Of a stretch of DNA of 64,000 bases, positions 40,994-50,091 are shown one piece after another. This DNA is from Ignavibacteriota bacterium (GTDB lineage: Bacteria > Bacteroidota > Ignavibacteria > UBA10030 > UBA6906), in the NCBI GenBank assembly GCA_963801355.1, contig CAWDEM010000008.1, positions 1,216,001-1,280,000 of the forward strand, written 5' to 3'. The stretch's first letter is position 1. Every line of letters begins with the position of its first letter. A program made the position numbers and the translations under genes. The notes under the pieces are model-generated. The model did no database searches. It had not been told where the DNA came from and saw nothing but the letters and a program-made list of their open reading frames with translations.

Positions 40994-41419
40994 TCAGCGA
41001 TCCTGAGACTGGCTCTCAGGGACAAACTGCGGGGCAGCGACGGTGAAAGCTGATCTGACCAGATGCTCTGCAGAGTCTACGTTTCCTTTAGCGATGAGCG
41101 ACTCTGGATTTGTAGTTTGCACAGTAAGATAGGATTCCCATTCCTTGCCTTTGAACAGCCGGGAGGCCTGATCGCAGAAGGAGTAGGCGCTGTCATATGA
41201 CTCGCGCGTGAGGAATTCCAGCCCTCGCTGGAGCAGCGCAGTTCCGATCGAAACGGAATCATCCCGGGTTTCGGCCGGCGACTGGCATTGGGCTGCCACA
41301 ACGAGGAGCGGGAAGAAAGCGGCCCACAGGAAGAATCGACTGCGGAATTGTCGAACCCGTGGCTCCAAATTCGCGTCCTCAACAGTAGATACAGATATAG
41401 TTCCGGACGATGAGACCAT
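40994..41419 (-). pseudogene. N-terminal signal peptide/TPR part of the CHAT protein, cut off by an in-frame TGA
   Basis: Same frame as 38108. Signal-like FFLWAAFFPLLVVAAQC. TPR-like text (SLRIAETY, RSLEIRRA) appears locally in an alternative frame, suggesting compensating indels. Start uncertain. Confidence 0.6.
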
Positions 41420-41472
41420 CGATCCGGTCGTAGATCCATGCCCCAATCACACACAACACATGGAAGGTCGCA

Positions 41473-41571
41473 ATGAAAACAAAAGCAGCGTTGACCCTTG
41501 CAGCAGCCCTGATTCTCCTTTCGTCAGTCGGAGCAGCAAACTGGGCATCGGGTGCAGCAATCAGCTGCTGA
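41473..41571 (+). CDS. Small secreted-peptide-like ORF (32 aa; may be longer if frameshifted)
   Basis: GGAAGG RBS; MKTKAALTLAAALILLSSVGAANWASGAAISC has a classic signal peptide. Divergent from the CHAT gene. Confidence 0.5.
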   Translation: MKTKAALTLAAALILLSSVGAANWASGAAISC

Positions 41572-41623
41572 CAACTCAGCAGCGGTACACGAACGGCTGA
41601 CCCTCCAACCCTCACCCCCACCG

Positions 41624-41740
41624 CCGCCTCTACGGTCATAGCTGGCAGGTGTGGACCCGATACTGCCTCTGCGGTCGTAGTGGACAGGTATGGACCTGAT
41701 ACCGCCTCTGCGGTCATAGCGGACAGGTGTGGACCTGATA
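41624..41740 (+). repeat. 3 x 39-bp tandem repeat
   Basis: CCGCCTCTGCGGTCATAGCGGACAGGTGTGGACCTGATA-like units at 41624, 41663 and 41702. Confidence 0.88.
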
Positions 41741-41873
41741 CGGCACAACTCAGTTGTGCAATAATACACATTCGTATCACCAATCGCAAAGGGTCGGTGT
41801 AATTTCATAAAATACAACGAATTGGCGTGATCCGAAAACCCCCAAAGAGGAGTAAATACACTCAAACAGGTGT

Positions 41874-42302
41874 GTGGCGGAGATCTACATCAAATTTTGG
41901 CCAAACCAAGCAAAGGCCCCCAAGGACTTGTCTAACATGGTGGTGAATATCGTTGATCCAGAGGGGAAAGAGTTTCAGAGGGTCGTTCTCTCCGGCAAAG
42001 CCCCCGATGACACCGGGTGGCTTTTGCACCACGAGATACTGGAAATCCTCCGGAGCGGCAAAGGGAAACGGCTTCTCATAGACATCACGGCCGTCCAGGG
42101 ACGCTCAAGCATCGTCGATGCCATATATCAAGCTGAGACTGTGAGAGGCGAAGATCATATCCAGAGTCACCGGCTTGCCGTGCTCGAGCTTCTCGAAAAT
42201 CAGAGCAATGCCCGGGATGAAGAAGTGGTGCTGGCCAATCGGGGAATTCCGGTGAGGTTCTTTTTCAGCGAAGCCGGAGCAATGGAGTGGCTCGGGGAGT
42301 AG
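41874..42302 (+). CDS. SpoIIAA/STAS-like hypothetical protein
   Basis: RLLID, RLAVL and a C-terminal NRGIPVRFFFSEAGAMEWL pattern. Confidence 0.6.
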   Translation: MAEIYIKFWPNQAKAPKDLSNMVVNIVDPEGKEFQRVVLSGKAPDDTGWLLHHEILEILRSGKGKRLLIDITAVQGRSSIVDAIYQAETVRGEDHIQSHRLAVLELLENQSNARDEEVVLANRGIPVRFFFSEAGAMEWLGE

Positions 42303-42339
42303 CGGGCCGAGAGCAGAGCTGAAGCGCGGATACCACAAA

Positions 42340-42555
42340 ATGCAACCCTTGTCAGCGCAGGACACGTTTTCTGTGTGGTTCAGGAAACTCAACCAACGGG
42401 AACAGAGCGCGACACTGCGGTACATCAGAGATCACTATTTTTCCAGACCCTCTCCCCCGTTCACCATGGAAACCACGAAACCGCCGGCAGCAAACTTTCT
42501 CGCCGATCCAGGTGAACAGCAACCTGTCTGCCCAACGTGCAAGCGTAAATACTAG
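42340..42555 (+). CDS. Small hypothetical protein with C-terminal CPTC
   Basis: 71 aa, downstream of and co-oriented with 41874. Confidence 0.5.
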   Translation: MQPLSAQDTFSVWFRKLNQREQSATLRYIRDHYFSRPSPPFTMETTKPPAANFLADPGEQQPVCPTCKRKY

Positions 42556-42658
42556 TTACCCTCCCACCATCTCTTGTTGCGAACGAGGGAGTACAGTCCA
42601 CGTCACAACAAGGATCCTCCGGGTTTTTCGCTAGCATACGAGTATCGGGACGGCACGT

Positions 42659-43306
42659 TCAATCTCTAGGCTGGAACGCTACCAGGGCGCCGTTTCGCTC
42701 CACCAGCTCGCGTATTCTTTCTTCCGCGCTGCGGTTCACTTCCTCAAGCATCCCTGAACTCTCCGCTTTCTCGCGCGCAATGGACTGGAGAGTTGTCACT
42801 ACGTTGGTGCGGTCTTCCTCCGTCAGGCGGTTCCACCATCCGTTCTCATCACGCAGCACGGCAAACGAATCCATCTGCATCGACAGCACTTCTGGCCGGG
42901 GCAACCGCGCCGTCACGCTGAGAGGCGAAGGTGTGACATCAATCGCAAACGGCTTCGTGAGATCGTAGCCCGCCTTCGCGGTAAAGACTCCGCGGACACG
43001 AAGGGTTTTTGTGCTCCCGAGCCACGTGTGCGACCATTCGTGGTCCACCATCAGCGGGCGGGAGATCGTGGCAACTTCGAGGATGGGAGAGGTCTGCTCG
43101 ATGATCACGGTTTCGTTGATGGTCACACGCGGGGTCACCTGGAAGAGCGACCGGAATCCGTCTGCCGCGGCGTGCGCAAGTCTCGTGGGCGCCTGGATGA
43201 GCAGACGATAAGCTGTGAATGTCCCGCCGATAAACAGCAGAATTCCCAGGATACCTATGATGGTGACCGCACGGAAGCCTTTCGATTCCGGACCGGACGG
43301 ATTCAT
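42659..43306 (-). CDS. DUF4230-like protein
   Basis: N-terminal TM; AKAGYDL..LPRPEVLS pattern. Confidence 0.75.
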   Translation of the reverse strand: MNPSGPESKGFRAVTIIGILGILLFIGGTFTAYRLLIQAPTRLAHAAADGFRSLFQVTPRVTINETVIIEQTSPILEVATISRPLMVDHEWSHTWLGSTKTLRVRGVFTAKAGYDLTKPFAIDVTPSPLSVTARLPRPEVLSMQMDSFAVLRDENGWWNRLTEEDRTNVVTTLQSIAREKAESSGMLEEVNRSAEERIRELVERNGALVAFQPRD

Positions 43307-43671
43307 CACTTCCCTCCCAGGGACCGGAGTCCGGCGAGGCCGAGCGCAATTGCGCCGACCGCAGTTCCCATGATCGGCGTCGGTACGGCGGCAAGAACAC
43401 CCAGCGCGGCTGCCACACCAAATGCTTTCCCGGCGGAATCCTTCTTCAACAGTTTCTGGATCAAGAATGTCGGGATTGCAACTGCGAGGAAGCACGCCGG
43501 GATCGTCACGATCCATGCTATCGCCGCCATGTCGGGGAGCGTCCAGAGCGCATCTATGACGATCAGGAGGAGTGCTGACACTGGGTGGATGAGCGGCGCG
43601 TTTCCAGAAGCAGCGGCGGCTGGTCCTTTCTGTTCAGTGCCTTTTGGAGGAATTTCCGGTAGGGATGTCAC
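43306..43671 (-). CDS. Small membrane protein
   Basis: 3-4 TM segments, AAVPTPIMGT motif; coupled to the DUF4230 gene. Confidence 0.7.
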   Translation of the reverse strand: MTSLPEIPPKGTEQKGPAAAASGNAPLIHPVSALLLIVIDALWTLPDMAAIAWIVTIPACFLAVAIPTFLIQKLLKKDSAGKAFGVAAALGVLAAVPTPIMGTAVGAIALGLAGLRSLGGK

Positions 43672-43812
43672 GAAATACCTCGTCGGTTCTACTGATGCCT
43701 TGAGCTATGCTCAAATGATACGCCCGGGAAGGGGGATTGTCAAGCAACGGATTCCGCTACGTCCTGAGTCCTTGAACGTTGGACCCGAACGTTGTGAACA
43801 AGGCATCGATAT

Positions 43813-44208
43813 TCAGTCTTCGACAACAGCGCGCGGCTTCAGCCCCTGCGATTGGAGAAATTCATCTATGTCATCCTCCGGGAAGAAGCCTTCGTGGCGC
43901 ATCAGTTCCCTTCCGCTCGCATCCAGGAACACCTGTGTAGGAATGAGCCGGATTTTGTACTTCACAGCGTACTCTCGCTGGTCATCCTTCCAGACATCAT
44001 AGAAGATGACTTGAAGCTGGTCCCCGAATTTGTCCTCCACTGCTTTCATGACCGGCTGCATCCTGCGGCAGGGAACGCACTTTACGGAGCCCAGTTCAAC
44101 GAACGTGATCCGGGGGGCGGGCGACTGTCCGGAATCTTTCTTGGTTTGTGCTGTGAGCGGTTCGATGAATACGGCGCATACGCTCAGGAAAACGATCAGC
44201 GATTTCAT
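43813..44208 (-). CDS. Exported thioredoxin-family protein
   Basis: Signal peptide; ELGSVKCVPC, IPTQVF, RHEGFF. Confidence 0.88.
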   Translation of the reverse strand: MKSLIVFLSVCAVFIEPLTAQTKKDSGQSPAPRITFVELGSVKCVPCRRMQPVMKAVEDKFGDQLQVIFYDVWKDDQREYAVKYKIRLIPTQVFLDASGRELMRHEGFFPEDDIDEFLQSQGLKPRAVVED

Positions 44209-44271
44209 GGCAATCTCCCTGAGTGACATTCAATTGTTGGAGTGCTTCAATTGTTTTCTACTTCTTCGAGG

Positions 44272-45414
44272 TCAGGATGGAGCTTGTCTTCCAAGAGCCC
44301 CCCTGAGCGCTATAAAACCCAAGAGCCCGGCGAGGAAAGAAGCGATCAGAATCGCGATCTTGGATTGCTGCACGATGACAGCATCTTGGAACGCAAGCAA
44401 AGTTATGAAAATCGACATCGTGAATCCAACTCCGGCAAGTATCGATACTGCGGCGATATGCTTCCACTTCAAGTCGCCCGGCAAAGCCAGTATCTTCAAC
44501 CTGGCCCCAGCGAGCGAAAACAGCGTGATGCCAATCGGCTTCCCGAGCATCAAACCAAGCGCAATGCCGATACTGTTGGGTTGCAGCAACGTGGCGTACC
44601 AGCCGGGTGCAATCGTCAGACTCGTATTGGCCAGTGCAAACAATGGCAGGATAACAAATGCCACGGGATAGTGCAAGTAATGCTGCAGGCGATACGAAGG
44701 GGACGTTTCATCTCCTTTGCCGAAGGGTATGAGAAATGCAAGGACAACACCGGTTATCGTGGCATGAATCCCCGAAAGGTGAATGACGTGCCACAGAATG
44801 ACGCCACCGACCAGATAGACAGCCAGATTGTTGATCTTCAGCCGATTGCACGCGAAGAGCACGGCCACGATGAACAGTGCAATTGACAGATGGATCATGG
44901 AGAGGCTGCCTGTGTAGAAGACCGCGATGACAATAATCGCCCCGAGATCGTCGATGATTGCCAGCGCGGTCAGAAACACTTTCAGACTGAGCGGAACACG
45001 GGTGCCAAGAAGGGACAGTACTCCCAGCGCAAAAGCGATATCCGTAGCCATCGGAATGCCCACGCCCGCCTGGGCACTCGTTCCGGCATTCATGGAGTAG
45101 TGCACTAGCGCCGGCACCATCATGCCGCCAATCGCTGCGACGATCGGCAACAGCGCTTTGCGTGGTTGCGAGAGCTCACCTGCGTAAATTTCACGCTCTA
45201 TCTCGAGGCCGACCAGGAGAAAGAATACTGTCATCAAACCGTCGTTGATCCAGTAGGCTATGTTGTGGCCAAAGAACGGGGTTTGCCAGATCGATGAGTA
45301 CAGTGCCACCAGAGGGGAATTCGCCAGTGTCAGTGAGACCACTGTGCTTGCGATAAGAATCATCCCCGACGCTTTTTCGGTCTTGAAAAACTCAGTGAAG
45401 AGTCTTGTCATCAT
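44272..45414 (-). CDS. nhaA: Na+/H+ antiporter NhaA
   Basis: WINDGLM, GLEIERE, PMATDIAF, LAIIDDLGAI, GKPIG, GVGFTMSIFI. Confidence 0.93.
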   Translation of the reverse strand: MMTRLFTEFFKTEKASGMILIASTVVSLTLANSPLVALYSSIWQTPFFGHNIAYWINDGLMTVFFLLVGLEIEREIYAGELSQPRKALLPIVAAIGGMMVPALVHYSMNAGTSAQAGVGIPMATDIAFALGVLSLLGTRVPLSLKVFLTALAIIDDLGAIIVIAVFYTGSLSMIHLSIALFIVAVLFACNRLKINNLAVYLVGGVILWHVIHLSGIHATITGVVLAFLIPFGKGDETSPSYRLQHYLHYPVAFVILPLFALANTSLTIAPGWYATLLQPNSIGIALGLMLGKPIGITLFSLAGARLKILALPGDLKWKHIAAVSILAGVGFTMSIFITLLAFQDAVIVQQSKIAILIASFLAGLLGFIALRGALGRQAPS

Positions 45415-45522
45415 GGGCGCTCGCCTGCCATGCATCTTCTCTCCGTATGAAACAGCGTAGTATGAATATTACTCGAAAGAGCTGGGATTTCCGAGGGCAT
45501 CCCTGTTTGTCCGACCGACGCT

Positions 45523-45750
45523 TCAAAACAGCCCAAGTACTTTTCCCAGCAGCATAAGAACACTTAGACCGATCACCACGAGCACAAAAAGGGGCTGCCA
45601 CGTCAATCCTCGTTCCTCACCTTTGTGGCCTGGAGGTGTGGCCTTCTGAGATACGGGAGACGATTTCTCCGGTGATCGGGATTCAATGACTGGATCAGCA
45701 GTCTGCAATCCTTCAGTAGTCTCGCGATGGTTCTTGCGTTTGTTTGACAT
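45523..45750 (-). CDS. Small protein with C-terminal TM helix
   Basis: GAGGAG RBS; hydrophilic N-terminus and hydrophobic C-terminus. Confidence 0.55.
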   Translation of the reverse strand: MSNKRKNHRETTEGLQTADPVIESRSPEKSSPVSQKATPPGHKGEERGLTWQPLFVLVVIGLSVLMLLGKVLGLF

Positions 45751-45883
45751 GATGCACTCCTCGTGTATTGAGCACTCCGGCACAGAGGATCAACGCCGCA
45801 CGGACAACAACGCACGCAGCGGTAGACCTCCGGGCACATGAGGCCAGTTGTACTACATTGGCATGCTTTCTTTTACCGGATAC

Positions 45884-46225
45884 TCAATAATGAGGAGGGG
45901 CCCTGTCAGAACAGGACACCGGGCAAGCAGTGAGAAGCGGAGAGGAAAAACAGGTGTAGGAAACTACTTGAAATTCTTCGACGTGCTCGAATTGCGGTAC
46001 ATCCACAGCGTAGAGGGGTGAAACGACAACAGACTTGACCAGAGGAATATGCCGGCATTCCGTGATTGTCGGGTGAACCGGATCTGTAGCCTTCCCCTGG
46101 AAGTGGTCTACCGCGTTGTTTCCAGTTCCGATAATCGGGAAAGCGGCGCCGGAAAGATGCCCGTACATTCCTCCAAGGTAGAGGAGTGCAAGCATCACTA
46201 TCGCCATGATTCGCACGGTTTTCAC
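45884..46225 (-). CDS. Hypothetical leader-like protein ending in RAPP
   Basis: N-terminal hydrophobic segment and C-terminal CPVSCSDRAPPHY. Start uncertain. Confidence 0.5.
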   Translation of the reverse strand: MKTVRIMAIVMLALLYLGGMYGHLSGAAFPIIGTGNNAVDHFQGKATDPVHPTITECRHIPLVKSVVVSPLYAVDVPQFEHVEEFQVVSYTCFSSPLLTACPVSCSDRAPPHY

Positions 46226-46420
46226 AGACTCGTTATCATTCCATTGTTCACAGTTCAAGTAGAGTTATTGCCGGGAAAATGTCAAGGCCAATCGTAGTCT
46301 CCCACAGATGGCGAGTCGGACATCCGCTGGGCGCTCAGTTCCTACTCCGGGTCTGCCCTTTTCGGATTGCGCACGACTTTTCACCGAGGATCGATGTCTC
46401 GCCAGAACACTCTTCACAGG

Positions 46421-46741
46421 CTATTCTGGACGCTCAATTCTTACCCGCAGTCTCTCGATTATATCGGCCGTCGAAGGAAGTGCCGGACGGTAGTATCTGC
46501 ACGACGGCTTTGATGGAACCGTGGGAGATTCCATACCAAAAAGGTCACGACCATCCACGAGAATCGTTGGGGAACCGAACCCGGAGCGAGGGTCTCCGGC
46601 CTGACTAAGCAGCTCCAGGTCGACCTCGATGGGCGTGACAGTCTTGCCGAGCACACGAAGAGCTTCTTCCAATCTCTGGCGCATGACCGGCGCATGCGGA
46701 CACCCCTTGAAGGCAAGAAATTCAACGGCGATGTCCCTCAT
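46421..46741 (-). CDS. Thioredoxin/glutaredoxin-fold protein
   Basis: FKGCPH, GFGSPTILVDGRDLF, SCRYY; ATGA overlap with the CDF gene. Confidence 0.72.
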   Translation of the reverse strand: MRDIAVEFLAFKGCPHAPVMRQRLEEALRVLGKTVTPIEVDLELLSQAGDPRSGFGSPTILVDGRDLFGMESPTVPSKPSCRYYRPALPSTADIIERLRVRIERPE

Positions 46742-47634
46742 ACCAATCCTTTCGTCCGGCACGAATCGCACTCAAACTGCAGTGTCGTGTGATTGATATC
46801 ATACTTGTCGTGTAAGCATCGTTCAATCTCAGCGCGTATAGAGGCCGTACGGCTCACTGGGAGATCATCCACATCAATATGCGCCTCAAAATGCGTTTCA
46901 GTATCGTTCATCTTCCACAGGTGCACGTGGTGAATGTTCATCACGCCCGGAATTGCCTCGACTGTTTGCTGTACCACGTTGATGTCAATATCGGGGGGCG
47001 TGGACATCATAATGACGTCAACCGATTCCTTGACAATCTCATACGTCTCTTTGAGGATGTACAGAGAAATCAGAATCGTAAGCGCCGGGTCGATCCATGT
47101 GATGTCGAGGATCATGATAAAGACAGCGCCGATGATGACCGCAAGACTGGAGACGGCGTCGCTTAAAAGATGGAAGTAGGCGGCGCGTATGTTGATGTTG
47201 TCCTTGGACCCTCTCTTGAGCAGCATGGTTCCGGCAACATTAGCTACCAAACCCACGACCGCAACAACAAGCATGAGGTTTCCGGTGATCGGAGTCGGGT
47301 TGGAGAACCTTCCGATCGCCTCCTTGATAAGGAAAAAACTGATGATAATCAGCGTGCTTGCATTGATGATCGCCGCCAGAATTTCAGCTCGTTTGAGGCC
47401 GAAGGTGTATCTCAGGGTCCGCGGCCGTTTGCTCAGCCGGATCGCAATGTAGCTGACGATGATCGCGATGCCGTCGCTGAAGTTGTGCATCGCATCAGAC
47501 AAAAGCGAAAGACTTCCGGAAACAATCCCGCCCACAACCTCAATGACGGTGACAAGGAAGTTCAGGAGCATCGTGATGAGGAGGTTCTTCGTCAACAGAT
47601 TGCCCGACTCTGTCTGAGTGTGATGATTTGCCAT
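46738..47634 (-). CDS. czcD: Cation diffusion facilitator (CzcD/ZitB-like)
   Basis: SLSLLSDAMHNFSD, TFGLKRAE, NIRAAYFHLLSD, HHVHLW, HTTLQFE. Confidence 0.9.
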   Translation of the reverse strand: MANHHTQTESGNLLTKNLLITMLLNFLVTVIEVVGGIVSGSLSLLSDAMHNFSDGIAIIVSYIAIRLSKRPRTLRYTFGLKRAEILAAIINASTLIIISFFLIKEAIGRFSNPTPITGNLMLVVAVVGLVANVAGTMLLKRGSKDNINIRAAYFHLLSDAVSSLAVIIGAVFIMILDITWIDPALTILISLYILKETYEIVKESVDVIMMSTPPDIDINVVQQTVEAIPGVMNIHHVHLWKMNDTETHFEAHIDVDDLPVSRTASIRAEIERCLHDKYDINHTTLQFECDSCRTKGLV

Positions 47635-47754
47635 TTCTTACCTTCGTGCGTAGTGTATTACGCACCGAGAGATGCTGACGCGTTGAACGCGAACACTGTC
47701 GGCGCAGTCGGCGTTAAGCGGGACCTCGGCCTACCCTCCACACCTCGTCTACCA

Positions 47755-48135
47755 TCAGACGGAGGTTTGGCTTGGTTTCTCGAACGCGGTGGCGACCTTC
47801 TTCATTGCCTCTTCGGTCGGCAAATTACGAAGGTCGAGCGGAATAACCTGTTTGTCGAAATCCACGCCAACCGCGGCCAGTGCCTCCTTGTACATCTTAC
47901 GCTGCATCTTCGGATCGCAGCCGCCGACGACGTAGGTCACGCCAGGTTTGGCCACGTCTTGCCAGAAGCGATCGCCATCGTCGACGCACAGTTGTGGATG
48001 AACAATAGTATATTCCACATCCAGCTCGTTGCGAACATAGTTGACAAGGCTCCAGACGTTCAACTGGGAAAAACCCGGGCAATCCCCCCGGCACATGCAC
48101 TGCACAAAGCGTGGCAACTGTTTCTGTTCAGACAT
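47755..48135 (-). CDS. Stand-alone HdrA N-terminal-like domain protein
   Basis: VQCMCRGDC, HPQLC, VVGGCDP, LDLRN. Confidence 0.65.
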   Translation of the reverse strand: MSEQKQLPRFVQCMCRGDCPGFSQLNVWSLVNYVRNELDVEYTIVHPQLCVDDGDRFWQDVAKPGVTYVVGGCDPKMQRKMYKEALAAVGVDFDKQVIPLDLRNLPTEEAMKKVATAFEKPSQTSV

Positions 48136-48158
48136 GATTCACTCCTTGAAGGTGTAAG

Positions 48159-48461
48159 TCATTCGGTTGGTGGGTACTGCTGTCGCAGCTCCTTGATGAC
48201 GAGTTTGATCGCCCTACGATCTGGGAACGAGATCGCGCCCACCGGGCACTGGAAACGGCAACTTTCACAATACACTTCGCAGCAATACGGGTCGGCAACG
48301 ACCACCCGTCCAGATTTTTCACTGTACGCATACGTATCGTGCTTGCATGCCTTGACGCATATGTCGCAACTGCTGCAGAGTTCCTCGTCAATCGTCGGAT
48401 ACCAGGGAATTAGCTTGCGTGGAATACCCAGGTAATCCTTGTAGACCGCTGTCTCTGCCAC
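48159..48461 (-). CDS. 2x[4Fe-4S] ferredoxin-like protein
   Basis: IPRKLIPWYPTID, CSSCDICVKAC, CEVYCESCRFQCPVGAI. Confidence 0.85.
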   Translation of the reverse strand: MAETAVYKDYLGIPRKLIPWYPTIDEELCSSCDICVKACKHDTYAYSEKSGRVVVADPYCCEVYCESCRFQCPVGAISFPDRRAIKLVIKELRQQYPPTE

Positions 48462-48822
48462 GTAGCTAGTCCTTTCTTGCTTAGAAGAAGAGTCCCATTA
48501 GCTCAGCGCGCACATAGGATCGGCGCTCCGCCAGCACTCAATAGTTGTGATCCTGAGGCCACAGTGCCCCGACTGTTTATGCATCACTGTGTTCATGCGA
48601 TAGTCGATCGCCGTGAACGGGCAACGACGTCCTTGACATGCGAGCATCTAGTCTGGGGACGAAAACAGTGTTATCTTCTTCAACAGTTGTCACACCATCC
48701 GGTCGACAGTTGCCGCTGCTTATTTACGGTAGATGAACTCCACACTCTGCGCATGAACCACCAGAACTGTTATTACAATTCCGACGATGCCAAGATCGAA
48801 GAGGCTGTACGTAGATGAGCTC

Positions 48823-49605
48823 TCACACACATCTCAACTTCGCATAGAGCGGCTCCAGCGCCTTGCGGTAGTATTCCCGGATCGAATCCTCGCAAGAGGC
48901 CAGTGGGCGTACGGGGATGAGATCCATCACCTGCGCCGCTGTGAGCCCGGATTCGAATAGCGTTCGTCGCGCACCGTTCGCCATAACCGACACCGCACGT
49001 GTTGCATCGGCTTCCGGGAGGCCGAACTCCATCCCCAGCCGCTTCAGTTCTTCAAGTTGGAACCAGAGGTAGGTCGGACCCATCGCCGCAATCACCGCAT
49101 ATGCCTCGAGGTGGGATTCCGGAACCTCGGGCGCGCTACCCAGGACTCCAAAGAACTCACGCATCGCGTTGCGTTCTGCTTCCGATATTTCCTGTGCGAA
49201 GCAGAACGGGTTATACCCCTGGCCGATGACGGATGGGGCATTGGGAATCATCCGGATGATCCTCCCAAACCCGCCAAGCGCCTCTGTCATGGCAGCAATC
49301 GTGACTTTGGGCGCCAGCGATACCAAGATCGAAGTCCTTCTCAGGTGAGGGAGGAGCGAAGGCAGCACTGCTTTGTACGCGGGAGGATGAATGGCCAGGA
49401 AAACGAGAGACGCTTTAGACACCTCTGCAACGTCTCCCTCACGCATCGGCAATCCAGGCAGGGACAGCTTCAGCAATTCCCTTGCCTCGGGAGCCGGATC
49501 AGCAACAATGATTTCCGAGAATTGTACTCCACCGCGCCGGAACCCCTCAAGCAAGATGCGCGCTACGCGTCCCCCACCGACAAATCCTATTGAAAGGCTG
49601 TTCAT
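48823..49605 (-). CDS. Pyrroline-5-carboxylate reductase-like NAD(P)-binding protein
   Basis: IGFVGGG, RMIPNAPS, AMGPTY. Confidence 0.8.
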   Translation of the reverse strand: MNSLSIGFVGGGRVARILLEGFRRGGVQFSEIIVADPAPEARELLKLSLPGLPMREGDVAEVSKASLVFLAIHPPAYKAVLPSLLPHLRRTSILVSLAPKVTIAAMTEALGGFGRIIRMIPNAPSVIGQGYNPFCFAQEISEAERNAMREFFGVLGSAPEVPESHLEAYAVIAAMGPTYLWFQLEELKRLGMEFGLPEADATRAVSVMANGARRTLFESGLTAAQVMDLIPVRPLASCEDSIREYYRKALEPLYAKLRCV

Positions 49606-49640
49606 GATTTCTGTCTCCGGAGAAGAATCAATAGTTGAAC

Positions 49641-49919
49641 TCATTTCCCATACTTTGTGCGAAGCTCGCGGAGCGTTTGGACAAATTGCTCCATATCCGG
49701 AAATCGAATTGCCCCGGGAGCGCATTTCGTCTCGCACTGACTGCAGCCGACGGTGCATTTATAGGGTAATACGACACGCGTCTGCGCGTCGACCAACGCG
49801 TACACGCTGTTGGGGCAGAAGTCGATGCAAATCCCGCAGTTTGTGCACAAATGCTCATCGATCGTCGGAAACCACGAGATTTCTTCCCGCGGGATGCTGT
49901 CATTCATTCCTTCTGACAT
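49641..49919 (-). CDS. 2x[4Fe-4S] ferredoxin-like protein
   Basis: IPREEISWFPTID, CTNCGICIDFCP, CTVGCSQCETKCAPGAI. Confidence 0.85.
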   Translation of the reverse strand: MSEGMNDSIPREEISWFPTIDEHLCTNCGICIDFCPNSVYALVDAQTRVVLPYKCTVGCSQCETKCAPGAIRFPDMEQFVQTLRELRTKYGK

Positions 49920-50091
49920 TATATGCACTCCTTCATGCTCTGAATGTCTGTTATTTATTCCTTTCCCCTATTGGGACACCTCATGCCACATCCTGAGGAA
50001 GGGGAATTCAGCGAATGTGGTTCTCACACTTCTTGATCCAATGGGTTTTGCTCGACATGCACCCGCCGTGAAGGACCTCCTGAGCCATACA

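Noticed and set aside
40994-41571. Selenocysteine read-through at the TGAs at 40994 and 41569
   Set aside because: No convincing SECIS hairpin, the positions are not catalytic, and nearby indels explain them more simply.
41624-41740. 39-bp repeats as a CRISPR array, making the CHAT locus a type III-E Craspase system
   Set aside because: There are no spacers and no Cas7-11. Only the protease/sigma logic is analogous.
47170-48435. Long + strand ORF (421 aa) and similar long antisense ORFs (e.g. 9312-10346, 20619-21701, 43028-44002)
   Set aside because: They are antisense shadows of well-supported genes in GC-rich DNA and show no motifs.
48159-49919. hgcB/hgcA mercury methylation genes near arsR
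   Set aside because: No HgcA cap-helix motif N(V/I)WCA(A/G)GK was seen, and the ferredoxins lack the HgcB Cys tail.
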